DNA of 64,000 nt from Thermoplasmata archaeon (GTDB lineage: Archaea > Thermoplasmatota > Thermoplasmata > Thermoplasmatales > GCA-001856825). This document shows, in pieces, positions 42,574-52,040 of the stretch (position 1 is the stretch's first letter; each line of letters begins with the position of its first letter). The stretch spans positions 137,405 to 201,404 of the forward strand of contig JAJYUZ010000003.1 of NCBI GenBank assembly GCA_021792255.1, in the 5' to 3' direction. The notes beneath the pieces are model-generated. The model did not search any database and was not told where the DNA came from. It was given only the letters and a program-made list of their open reading frames with translations. The position numbers and the translations under genes are program-made.

Positions 42574-43859
42574 ATCCTCCGGTACATGTAATAGAAATCT
42601 GTTGCGGTCTTCAGCTTGCCCACGTTCAGATCAGCGGCGCAGGAACCAAGTATTTCCCTGATCTTCTTCTTAGGCTGACCCCTTTCCCACAGCATTTCCA
42701 AGAGGATGCTCTCTAACATTTTCGGATAAGTCGTATACATGCTCCTGTTTCCGGTGACCTTCCTGATGTCCTTGAACGTTTTCAGGTCCTTGAGCACATA
42801 GGTCTTTTCCAGTTTCTGTCTGTAGAGTGCAAGAGAATCCGAGGAAAAATTATTCCTTCCCTTCGCTTCTGCTGCCGTTTCTCCTGCGAGTATTCCGGAG
42901 AGGAACGCGTAGTTCATTCCCTGGAGGACCAATCCATTGCTGAACCCAAAACCAGCCGCATCTCCCACTATCATGTAACCATCTCCGTAAAGTTTAGGAA
43001 CCATGCCCAGTCCCCCTTCTGGAATCATGTGTGCACCATACTCCGCAACGGTTCCTCCCTCAATGAGAGGAGCGATGGATGGATGCTCTTTGAATTGTTC
43101 GATTATGTCATATGTGTGCGTAATCCCGTTTTCCCTTAGCTGCTCCATCGGGGCAACTATTCCGAGGGAAATACTGTCCTTGTTGGTATAGAAGAATGCA
43201 CCGACATTCAATTCCTCCAGATTTCCCATTATATATTCGGAAGCCATTCCAGAATTGGGGGTCAGGTTGAACCTGTCCTCTATTTTCTGTGGACTGAGTT
43301 TTATTATCTCTTTGACACCGACGGAAACTTCCCAATCCTGGAGCGGCTCCCTTAGACCGGCTTCAATCGAAAGCCTTGGGTTGATTCCCTCTGCAAGTAT
43401 TACCACATCCGCTGTGATAACGTCCCCAGACTCTTCCACTCCGATAATCTTGCCATCCTTCTTTGCGAGGGATTCGACTGTTATTCCAGGTATGACCACG
43501 GCGCCAGCTTCCTTGGCTTTCTTTGCAAGCCACGGATCGAATTTTGAACGCAAGACCGTATGCCCCACTTTGTTGTCTTCGAAAATCTTTGTTTTGAAAT
43601 CAATTATGATCGAAGACTTGTCAGTTAGAAATCCTATCTTTTTGTCTTGAATAAATCGTTCGAGTGGAGCTTCATTCTGCCACTTAGGTAGTATTTGCGC
43701 CAAATCATTTCCCCAGAGAACTCCTCCGGAAAGATTCTTTGCACCTGGTGGGTCGGACCGATCTACGAGCAAGACGCTCAGCCCTTTTGAAGCCATCGTG
43801 ATTGCTGCAGCTGATCCAGCATTTCCGGCACCAACAACTATAGCGTCATAATCTGGCAT
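42570..43859 (-). CDS. fixC: FixC / ETF:quinone oxidoreductase-like FAD-dependent oxidoreductase
   Basis: 429 aa. N-terminal YDAIVVGAGNAGSAAA dinucleotide fold and GDAAGF motif. 4-nt overlap with fixX. Confidence 0.85.
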   Translation of the reverse strand: MPDYDAIVVGAGNAGSAAAITMASKGLSVLLVDRSDPPGAKNLSGGVLWGNDLAQILPKWQNEAPLERFIQDKKIGFLTDKSSIIIDFKTKIFEDNKVGHTVLRSKFDPWLAKKAKEAGAVVIPGITVESLAKKDGKIIGVEESGDVITADVVILAEGINPRLSIEAGLREPLQDWEVSVGVKEIIKLSPQKIEDRFNLTPNSGMASEYIMGNLEELNVGAFFYTNKDSISLGIVAPMEQLRENGITHTYDIIEQFKEHPSIAPLIEGGTVAEYGAHMIPEGGLGMVPKLYGDGYMIVGDAAGFGFSNGLVLQGMNYAFLSGILAGETAAEAKGRNNFSSDSLALYRQKLEKTYVLKDLKTFKDIRKVTGNRSMYTTYPKMLESILLEMLWERGQPKKKIREILGSCAADLNVGKLKTATDFYYMYRRM

Positions 43860-43948
43860 CTTTTTGAGAGCACTTCAAAAGTATTTACGTTTTCGATTAT
43901 TCTGTTCATAAAAAGAATTTTAAGGACGTAGTAATCACAAGGAGAAAT

Positions 43949-44023
43949 GCCACCGTAGCACAGCCTGGTACGTGCGCGTGCTTGGTAAGCACGAGGTCGC
44001 GGGTCCAAATCCCGTCGGTGGCT
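43949..44023 (+). tRNA. tRNA-Thr (anticodon GGU)
   Basis: Hand-folded cloverleaf: acceptor GCCACCG/CGGTGGC, D stem GCAC/GTGC, anticodon stem CGTGC/GCACG with loop TTGGTAA, T arm GCGGG-TCCAAAT-CCCGT. Confidence 0.9.
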
Positions 44024-44347
44024 TCTCAAATTAGGTCAGAGCTACTACTTCATTTTTTAACCAAATAACTTTGGGTGTGGGCTATAAGAGTTCATTTCAA
44101 ACATGTTGCTCGGCCGACCTTAAACATTCCTTCAAAATTGTTTCGCCGTACCGTATAATGACCCATTACAAACATCAGTATGGATTGGAAATTCACAACC
44201 AATGACCCCTATAAGTTCAGATACCTCTTACATCTTTAGTTCCCACTTTCTCTTGGAAATAGAAGTTCTCTATCTGTTGAAATGAAGTCATCTCTCCAGA
44301 ATTAGAACACCGCGAAATTAGAAGTGAATTTATTAAGTCGTTAGGAA

Positions 44348-45475
44348 TTGTCTCACGTGCGCTCTCCTGCTGAACGCATTATTCCTATCTTCTTCATATC
44401 AGTCGGAGCGCTAGCGGTTGCTCTCTTATTTTATTATCAGATACTTGAATATGCATCTATCGGAGTAATCAATCTAGGCAGTTACTTTCTTTATGAGGGA
44501 ATTTTTCTGCTGGCTCTGGTCCCAATTACGATTCCAGTACTTCATTTTTTTAGAGAACGTTCAACAGAGGATTATGACGAGCCATCACCCAGGAAATTCT
44601 TGAGAAAGTCGTTTGGCATTTTGTGGATTTTTGATGGTATACTTCAAATGCAACTTCCCTTTCTTACTCTCTTCGTCCAATATAACTTGATCCCTCTTCT
44701 AGGATCTGAACCAATAGTGACATTCCTTACTGGACACGCAATCACTCTTTGGAACGTTAACCCCCCACTAATGGACGTTATTGCATCCCTCTTACAGGTA
44801 TATCTTGGTATATTTTTCCTGACCTACAAGAGGGGGTTCGTTTTCAGGCTTGCCCAGGTATCTGCAATCTCTTGGAGTCTGGTTATTTGGATGTTCGCGG
44901 AAGGACTTGGCGGCATTCTATCTCCAAGCGCAACATTGCTCACCGGTTCCCCGGGCTCTGCTCTTTTTTACGCAATTGCTTCGTTCCTCTTGCTGATATA
45001 TGAACAAGAATCTTCATCAGGAAGGGCCCGCACAGTGACGAGGGTGACAATGAGCGTCACTTTCTTAGGATTTGCCATTTCTCAAATCTTGCCGTCCAAT
45101 GGATTCTGGGCTGCTCTTCCGATTTCATCCTTTCCGTCTCCGTTTGCATTACTGAACAACCTGACATTCATCACCTTGCTCATAAGTCAGCACGCCTCCA
45201 TTTTGAATGCCGTATACGTTCTTGTGATGTTCGCAATAGGCGTCTCTTGGCTTGTGCTTCCCCGGTTCGCTGGTTTTCCAACGTTGTTGTGGGGCTTCTT
45301 CACTTGGTACATTTATCAGGGATTCGGTATCTTTGGCATGACCAGTAGCACTGACCCGAACACTGGCTTGCCACTAATATTTATTTCTTTGACCTTCCTT
45401 CTAATTACCAGGTCGACTGATGTCATTCAAAATTACAAATTTGCTTTCTACCGTAGAAAAAAGAGCTTGGTGTAG
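44348..45475 (+). CDS. polytopic membrane protein, unknown function
   Basis: 375 aa with 9 or more hydrophobic segments. TTG (44348) or GTG (44357) start. I recognise no family signature. Confidence 0.55.
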   Translation: MSHVRSPAERIIPIFFISVGALAVALLFYYQILEYASIGVINLGSYFLYEGIFLLALVPITIPVLHFFRERSTEDYDEPSPRKFLRKSFGILWIFDGILQMQLPFLTLFVQYNLIPLLGSEPIVTFLTGHAITLWNVNPPLMDVIASLLQVYLGIFFLTYKRGFVFRLAQVSAISWSLVIWMFAEGLGGILSPSATLLTGSPGSALFYAIASFLLLIYEQESSSGRARTVTRVTMSVTFLGFAISQILPSNGFWAALPISSFPSPFALLNNLTFITLLISQHASILNAVYVLVMFAIGVSWLVLPRFAGFPTLLWGFFTWYIYQGFGIFGMTSSTDPNTGLPLIFISLTFLLITRSTDVIQNYKFAFYRRKKSLV

Positions 45476-45657
45476 CACGGTAAGATCGGTTGTAGCAAAA
45501 TGTTTCGTGTCTTGTGGTTGTTTCCTAATACTTGGATGTTTGCCTCTTTTGGAATAACTATTTTTAGAAATGGCGATGGACTGGAATTGTGCGAAATTAT
45601 TTTTGAAGTCTTTTTACCTCATTTTCGCCCACTATGACAAGCCGTAGATTTACCAAA

Positions 45658-45680
45658 AAATCGGCTATAGCAGCCGATTT
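45658..45680. promoter_or_regulatory. candidate operator: perfect 9-bp inverted repeat AAATCGGCT-ATAGC-AGCCGATTT immediately upstream of a TATA-like ATTATATA (45688-45695)
   Basis: Read directly from the sequence. It lies about 47-69 nt upstream of the ALDH start at 45727. Confidence 0.35.
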
Positions 45681-45726
45681 CCAAACCATTATATAGACGA
45701 AAAAGCATTCGCATCTTAGTGATAGT

Positions 45727-47220
45727 ATGACCTATCAAATGTTTGTTAACGGGGAGTGGAAAGATTCCTCGGATGAACAGAAGATCTCGGTTATAAATCC
45801 TGCGACTGGATCAATAATTGCTGAAGTCCCAAGCGCCAGTTCAGAGGATGTTGCACTCGCAGCTGAATCTGCGAAAGAATCTTTCTTTGAAGGTACTTGG
45901 AGCAGAATTAGTCCTGGTGAAAGGGCGACCGTTCTCCTCAAAGTAGCACAAATAATGGAAGACAGGACGCAGGAGCTGGCGAAGCTGGAAACTCAGATAT
46001 CCGGTAAATCTATCAAACAGTCATCGGGGTACGATCTGCCATACACGGTAGACAACGTTAGATTCATCGCTGGAGCTGCGAGAATTCTCGAAGGAAAGGC
46101 GATGGGTGAATATGTACAGGATGGCACAAGTGCAATCAGGAGAGAGCCTATCGGTGTGGTAGGAGTGATAACACCATGGAACTATCCGCTGATGATGGTC
46201 GTTTGGCGGGCATTTCCCGCTCTCGCGATGGGAAACAGCGTGGTGGTAAAACCCGCAAGCTACACTCCTTTGACGACCCTTGAACTTGCAAAAATTATGG
46301 AAAAGGCCGGCGTTCCCAAGGGTGTTTTCAATGTTATCACAGGACCTGGGGGAAAGGTAGGAGAAGAACTAGCTGGAAACAAGAACATAGACATGATCGC
46401 GTTTACGGGAAGCACAGAGGTTGGCAAGAGACTATCAGAACTCGGATCTTCCACTCTCAAGAAAGTTTCTCTTGAGCTTGGTGGTAAGGCTCCTTTCATC
46501 GTTTTTAGAGATGCGGACCTTGATGCTGCGACAGAGGGTGCTGTAGTCGGTGGCCTTGTCAACAATGGCCAGGATTGTGCAAACGCTACCAGATATTATG
46601 TGCACGAATCCGTAAAGGACAAGTTTGTCGATCTTCTATTAAAAAAGCTTAAGAAAGTCAAAGTTGGAGATCCTACTGACCCCAGTACTGACATTGGACC
46701 GCTCATATCCAGCTCACACAGGGACAGAGTCGAGGGGTATATCGAGAGGGGAGTGAAACAGGGAGGAAAACTTCTGGAAGGAGGTAGTAGACCCAAACTG
46801 AAAGGAATGGAGAATGGATTCTTCCTCAATCCGACGGTGATCTATACTGAAAACCAGAAATCTGACATTGTTCAGGAAGAAATATTCGGTCCCGTTTTCA
46901 GTGTGCTTCCGTTTTCGACGTACGATGAAGCAATCGCCAATAGCAATGACGTGGTCTATGGACTGGGTGCCTCGGTCTGGACGAAGGACGTCACAACGTC
47001 GATGAGAGCGGTAAGGGACCTGAGATTTGGGACCGTGTGGGTCAACGAACACATTCCAGTACCATCAGAGATGCCATGGGCGGGTTATAAACAGAGTGGC
47101 CACGGTGCCTCTCTTTCGCCCTACAGCCTAGAGGAATTCACTTACATCAAGCACGTTTATTTTGATCTGACGGGCGGAGTAAGAAAGAGCTGGTACTACC
47201 AGATTTATGGAGGGCAGTAG
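45727..47220 (+). CDS. NAD(P)-dependent aldehyde dehydrogenase (betaine-/aminobutyr-aldehyde dehydrogenase-like)
   Basis: 497 aa. Motifs: ITPWNYP, FTGSTEVG, LELGGKAP, NNGQDCANATR, EEIFGPV. Confidence 0.8.
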   Translation: MTYQMFVNGEWKDSSDEQKISVINPATGSIIAEVPSASSEDVALAAESAKESFFEGTWSRISPGERATVLLKVAQIMEDRTQELAKLETQISGKSIKQSSGYDLPYTVDNVRFIAGAARILEGKAMGEYVQDGTSAIRREPIGVVGVITPWNYPLMMVVWRAFPALAMGNSVVVKPASYTPLTTLELAKIMEKAGVPKGVFNVITGPGGKVGEELAGNKNIDMIAFTGSTEVGKRLSELGSSTLKKVSLELGGKAPFIVFRDADLDAATEGAVVGGLVNNGQDCANATRYYVHESVKDKFVDLLLKKLKKVKVGDPTDPSTDIGPLISSSHRDRVEGYIERGVKQGGKLLEGGSRPKLKGMENGFFLNPTVIYTENQKSDIVQEEIFGPVFSVLPFSTYDEAIANSNDVVYGLGASVWTKDVTTSMRAVRDLRFGTVWVNEHIPVPSEMPWAGYKQSGHGASLSPYSLEEFTYIKHVYFDLTGGVRKSWYYQIYGGQ

Positions 47221-48513
47221 GTGATCAAAATGAACTCTGATGGATATAATCCTTTGAAAGTGAATACAAACCTGGACTTCGGAAACCCATCGAGAGTAGT
47301 TTTTGGATTGGGTGCTGCGTACAACAGTTTGCCAGGACTCATAAAGGAGCTCAACCCGAAAAAAACCGTCCTGGTGAGCGATGAAATAGTTTCCAAGACA
47401 GGTGCTCTGGAAAAAATAGAATCGTCTCTCAAGGCGGCGGATTTGAAATTTGAGGAGCTGCTGATCCCGGTCGGCGAGCCGACGACAGAGATGACAAGAG
47501 ACCTTGTAGATAGAGCCCGTAAAGATAGACCAGAGATGTACGTAGGGATAGGTGGAGGAAGCGTACTTGATATGACAAAGTTGATGTCGATAATGGTGAC
47601 AAATCACGGAGAGCCAAAGAATTATTACGCACTACCTCCGGATCCCTGGTCCGATAAAGTTACCAACGTCGGAGTAAGGAAAATTCTAATTTCGACTACC
47701 GCAGGTACAGGCAGTGAGACCTCTAACACTCTTGTAGTGACAGAAGGTGGTTACAAAACGTGGATAACGAGTTCAAAGGTCACTGCAAACGTATCGCTCA
47801 TCGATCCATCGTTGACTTTTACCTTGCCCCCGGTCGCTACGAGAAACACTGGAATGGATGCACTAAGCCACTTGATCGAGGGAGTGCTGACAAACATGCC
47901 AAACCCCGTATCAGATGGAATGATCCAACAGGGAGTCCATCTAGTTTCCAAGTATCTCGTTAGGGCATACAACAACGGAAATGATGAAGAAGCGAGAGTG
48001 AACATGTCTTTTGCCGCGATGATGGGAGGCTGGGTGATTGCGTTCCCATGGGTCGGTGGCCCCGCAACTATTGGGCACTGCATGTCAGAGGCTCTGGGTC
48101 CGAAATTTGGTATCCCCCATGGATTCGCGTGCGCGATAATGTTGCCTCACGCTATGGACTTTAACCTTCCACTGGTCGCGCCTAGACTCAGATCAGTCGC
48201 AGAAGCGTTTGGGGTGGATACGTACGGACTTTCTGATATAGAAGCTGCCTCCGAAGCCATAAATTCCGTAGTATCACTAATGAAGAGTCTGGAGATGCCA
48301 GTTGCCCTGAAGAATGCTTCTAAATTCAAAAAGGACAGGCTTGCAGAGATGTTCGATTATGTGCTGAACGAAAGGCAGTACATTTACAACCTCCCTGTCT
48401 ACAATCCGAGGAGACTGACCAGAGAGAATTTGTCAGAATTGTTTGATGATGTCTGGGAGGGCAAGTTCACCACGGCTTCAAAGCTGGCAGAGGGTAGCGT
48501 GAAAACTTTTTAA
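47221..48513 (+). CDS. iron-containing (group III) alcohol dehydrogenase
   Basis: 430 aa. GIGGGSVLDMTK and metal-ligand His contexts (DALSHLIE, HCMSEALG..GIPHG). GTG 47221 directly follows the ALDH stop; an alternative ATG lies at 47230. Confidence 0.8.
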   Translation: MIKMNSDGYNPLKVNTNLDFGNPSRVVFGLGAAYNSLPGLIKELNPKKTVLVSDEIVSKTGALEKIESSLKAADLKFEELLIPVGEPTTEMTRDLVDRARKDRPEMYVGIGGGSVLDMTKLMSIMVTNHGEPKNYYALPPDPWSDKVTNVGVRKILISTTAGTGSETSNTLVVTEGGYKTWITSSKVTANVSLIDPSLTFTLPPVATRNTGMDALSHLIEGVLTNMPNPVSDGMIQQGVHLVSKYLVRAYNNGNDEEARVNMSFAAMMGGWVIAFPWVGGPATIGHCMSEALGPKFGIPHGFACAIMLPHAMDFNLPLVAPRLRSVAEAFGVDTYGLSDIEAASEAINSVVSLMKSLEMPVALKNASKFKKDRLAEMFDYVLNERQYIYNLPVYNPRRLTRENLSELFDDVWEGKFTTASKLAEGSVKTF

Positions 48514-48564
48514 GTCCTCTCCTCACTACATCAAAACTAAATACAGAGCTTAGCTTTTACTCGA

Positions 48565-48694
48565 ATGTCACTGAAGGTCGGAGATAGAGCCCCAGACTTT
48601 GACAGATTGACGGACGTCAGTGAAAAAATCCATGAGTGCAAAACTAAAGAACGACTCCATCTTCTATCCAAAGAACACTTCTAAGATGTTCTGA
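48565..48694 (+). pseudogene. bcp: orphan 5' fragment of a Bcp-type peroxiredoxin gene (frameshifted and truncated, no catalytic Cys)
   Basis: ATG 48565 encodes MSLKVGDRAPDFDRLTDVSEK. After a shift in the A6 run at 48623-48628, the reading continues KSMSAKLKNDSIFYPKNTSKMF* and ends without the TPGC motif. Confidence 0.55.
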
Positions 48695-49022
48695 AGCTTA
48701 TTTCTGCCTATTTTAGTCTAAATACCTCGAGCATTTGAAACGCACCTTAATATCGATACTGAAACTAATGCTAGATCAAGACAATCGGAGTACATAAAAA
48801 AAACCAATATTATTTTTTCAAGGAAATAGAGTCGTCTGTATCTTGTGCTTTTATTTGCGATCCAGTCAGTGGCTCTACAAATTGGGCTTGTGTTCCAAGA
48901 CGTCACTTATCTAATTGATCGATATTCTTAGTTTGCAGTATACTTGTAGATAGCAAGAATGAAAAGTAAGAATAAGGGGTTGGTTCAATTAACATTTAAT
49001 ATTAAAAAATCCCTATGCTATT

Positions 49023-50366
49023 GTGTATAGAATCGGCATAGAAGAACACGATAGCACCTTCTATGCGATAGTTCTGACAAATAATGACAAAGTTCTATGG
49101 AAGGGAAAAAACAAAGATCTGACTGAACTTCTGAACCTTCTCGACGAAAGTGAAGCGCTGAAAGGGCATGATATCGAGTATGCAGCATTTTCAACCGATA
49201 TTGTAAACAGCATTTCTCCAGTTATGAAAAGAACTTCCCCCATTGTTCTGATAAAAGTGGGAGGATCCAAAGATAACTTTTCTTATGTGTCTACAGAGAG
49301 GAATTCTCGCCCCTTCAAGGGATTGGAAATTCATAATTACTTTATTAAGGGTGCAATGAAACCATATGGAGAAGAAGAATCGCCTTTAGATTCCAAGGAA
49401 ATCAAAAAAATAGCCAAAATACTCAACGAAGACAAAAGTGTTAAGGGAGTTGGGATCATAGGTCAATTCTCAAACTTTTTACCTCAGCATGAAGAAAAGA
49501 TCGCAAGAGAGCTGAATAAGACTATTGAGAGAAAGATTTCAATTTGTTTGTCCTCATTGGTGTCCCACAGGAGCCTGGTGTACAGGGAAAGACTCCTCGT
49601 TATGAACCTAATTTTGGCAATTTCAGCCAGTCAGCATCTGATATTCATAGCAGAAAAGTTGAAAGAGTACCTAGGGCGTTCAAGACTCTATTTCTTAGGT
49701 TCTGATGGTTCACTAGTGCCAAACGAGACGGCACTTAATTACCCAGTGCTGCTGAATGGGTCGTCATACGTGTCGAAAATTGTTGGGCTTGGTGCAACCA
49801 CTGATTTGAAAGACCTCAACTTGATTACCAAGCTCGGAAAGAAGATTGTCCTCATGTCGTCATTCGATGGCGAGCCAGTATTAAAGAGGAAGGAGGATAC
49901 CTTTAAGAAAGGAATCAACGTTTTTTCTTCTGGAGTCATGAGACCGCTGAGTGGCAGATCAGAAGAGATTGAGCTCGTAATAAGAAATCTTAAAAAGAAA
50001 GATGAAACAACTACCGTGATAGACAAGAGTATCTTTCAAGAGTACCCCAAGCTTAATACCTGCGGTGCCAGATTGCAAAAGGTAGACGGATACCTAGGGG
50101 CTATGGGAGCAGTCTCAGCACCAATAAGGTTGACAATGGATTTCCTAGGCTCTATCCAGTTCAGTGGGAGGAAAGAAATATTGGAATCCTTCAAGAACAT
50201 TGTCAGGGAAAAAATCATAGAGGTGGGAGCAAAAACTGAGTCGGTAAGAGTCGTTCAAGTGGAAGAGATCCCTCTAAGTTATTTACCATGGGATAGCCTA
50301 AGAATCAGGATTTCAGTTGAAGGAAGACCGGGAGGCAGCCCCACATCTGGAGGCAAGCGGAAGTGA
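49023..50366 (+). CDS. hydantoinase-A/oxoprolinase-like (ASKHA) paralogue with degenerate nucleotide-binding motifs
   Basis: 447 aa, GTG start. It can be aligned along its length with the 55409 product (for example ..VRVVQVEEIPLSYLPWDSLRIRISVEG vs ..IEVKEVEEVSMPYLPGNSVKISVKVVG). However, the phosphate-1 motif is RIGIEEHDSTFYA instead of RIGIDVGSTNTDG, and the FDVGGATTNVG equivalent is missing. Confidence 0.6.
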   Translation: MYRIGIEEHDSTFYAIVLTNNDKVLWKGKNKDLTELLNLLDESEALKGHDIEYAAFSTDIVNSISPVMKRTSPIVLIKVGGSKDNFSYVSTERNSRPFKGLEIHNYFIKGAMKPYGEEESPLDSKEIKKIAKILNEDKSVKGVGIIGQFSNFLPQHEEKIARELNKTIERKISICLSSLVSHRSLVYRERLLVMNLILAISASQHLIFIAEKLKEYLGRSRLYFLGSDGSLVPNETALNYPVLLNGSSYVSKIVGLGATTDLKDLNLITKLGKKIVLMSSFDGEPVLKRKEDTFKKGINVFSSGVMRPLSGRSEEIELVIRNLKKKDETTTVIDKSIFQEYPKLNTCGARLQKVDGYLGAMGAVSAPIRLTMDFLGSIQFSGRKEILESFKNIVREKIIEVGAKTESVRVVQVEEIPLSYLPWDSLRIRISVEGRPGGSPTSGGKRK

Positions 50367-50865
50367 GTTTGATTTGATTGAAAGGGGAGAGACTAAACAA
50401 GAAGAGCACCTGGACGAGATAGACATAGGCATAATTAATATCTTGCTGGAAGACGGAACCAAGAATTTGAGTCAAATTGCCTCTGTACTTAAAGTGGGAA
50501 TAGCCACCGTTCACAGAAGGCTAAGGAAACTTAGGGATGAGGGTGTTATTGAGGGTTATACCCTTCTAGTGAACCCGAAGAAGTTGGGTCTTAATGTGAT
50601 TGCAATTACTTCCCTGAAAGTCGTGTCAGGCAGAGAACAAGAGATTCTCAAAGAGGTCGAAAAGATTAGAGATGTAACTGAGATATACAAGATCTCCGGC
50701 CAATTCGAGATAATCTTGAAGATAAAGGCAGGAGATCTTGGGGAACTGAACAAGATTCTAGACAGGATCAAGATAGTAAACGGAATTCAAGAGATAAACA
50801 CGAGCGTGGTTCTTGAAGTCCTTCGGGATCAACCCATACACCCTATCGGTGGTGAGACCAAATGA
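50317..50865 (+). CDS. Lrp/AsnC family transcriptional regulator
   Basis: 182 aa from ATG 50317, which overlaps the upstream gene by 50 nt; an alternative TTG lies at 50374. HTH LSQIASVLKVGIATVHRRLRKL plus a RAM domain. Confidence 0.75.
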   Translation: MKEDREAAPHLEASGSEFDLIERGETKQEEHLDEIDIGIINILLEDGTKNLSQIASVLKVGIATVHRRLRKLRDEGVIEGYTLLVNPKKLGLNVIAITSLKVVSGREQEILKEVEKIRDVTEIYKISGQFEIILKIKAGDLGELNKILDRIKIVNGIQEINTSVVLEVLRDQPIHPIGGETK

Positions 50866-51896
50866 AGATAGGAAGGAGAGAGCTCGAATCCCTCTCTTGT
50901 GGCTCGGAGATAATTGGAGGGGGAGGAGGTGGGAATACCTTTCCTGTAAGATCTGTCCTGAATTACTATCTGAGGGAAAATCATCCTCCAGTAACCATCG
51001 GAATTGATGACATTTCAGATTCAGCATTGGTAATGGGCGTAGCCTATCTTGGCTCTACTATGGTGATTGAAGAGAGGCTTCCGCAGGGACGGAATCTTAT
51101 TTCTTCAATTAAGACTCTCGAGAATTTCATAGGAGAGAAAACATCGGCAATAATTCCAATAGAGGGGGCAGGCGTGAATGCTTTAATTCCTCTCTTGGCC
51201 TCAGTAAATTCAAAAACACCAGTGATAGATGCTGACGGCATGGGACGCGCATTCCCTGAACTTTCTATGACTACATTCTCCATAAATGGAATATCTGCTT
51301 CCCCTCTCACAATTTCAGACGATCGAGGGAATGTGGTGGTTGTAGAGGAGCTTGAAGAAAAGCTGACAGAAGAAATGGTCAGAGGGATTGCTCTTATATA
51401 TGGAGGTGGCGCATGGCTAACTGCCTTTCCCATGACCGGAGCGGAAGCAAGAAAGTTCAGCATAAAAGGGACTATTTCAAGGAACATTCGGATAGGAGAC
51501 GTACTCTTGGAAAACACATCACCAAAGGAGAAAATCAAGAAGTTAGAGAGAGAATTCAACGTGAGATTGGTTGGTGAGGGCTACGTAAAAGAGATCTTTA
51601 GATACAGGGAAGGAAAGTTCTCGAAGGGTGACCTGTTCATAAAATGTTATGATGACAGATTTCTAAAGGTATCTTTTCAGAACGAATACCTGATGATCAC
51701 TGAACAAGATGAAGTAATAGCCAGTGTTCCCACCATAATCACACTAATTGACGCATATACCCTCAGACCCATAAGGACTGACGAGGTTACAACGGAAGAC
51801 GAAGTATTAGCTATATGTATTCCAGAGCCTGATGAACTCAGAACCAATAAAGCTCTCAACAAGGTCGGGCCGAGAGTCTTTGGATACAAAATATGA
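50862..51896 (+). CDS. DUF917-like protein, paralogue a
   Basis: 344 aa. Motifs: IIGGGGGGNT, IEGAGVNALIPL, IDADGMGRAFPELSM, FQNEYL, VGPRVFGY. ATGA overlap with the Lrp gene. Confidence 0.6.
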   Translation: MKIGRRELESLSCGSEIIGGGGGGNTFPVRSVLNYYLRENHPPVTIGIDDISDSALVMGVAYLGSTMVIEERLPQGRNLISSIKTLENFIGEKTSAIIPIEGAGVNALIPLLASVNSKTPVIDADGMGRAFPELSMTTFSINGISASPLTISDDRGNVVVVEELEEKLTEEMVRGIALIYGGGAWLTAFPMTGAEARKFSIKGTISRNIRIGDVLLENTSPKEKIKKLEREFNVRLVGEGYVKEIFRYREGKFSKGDLFIKCYDDRFLKVSFQNEYLMITEQDEVIASVPTIITLIDAYTLRPIRTDEVTTEDEVLAICIPEPDELRTNKALNKVGPRVFGYKI

Positions 51897-52040
51897 ATAG
51901 ATCCTGTTCAGTCTTTCTTTAACAACCTCTTGACACTTGCGTGCCAGAGCTCTTAAATAAGAAGCTAGGAGATAGTGGACTAATCTTGATGGCTTTCATT
52001 TCTTATGAATTAAAATACCAAAAAAAAATATATAAAATAC

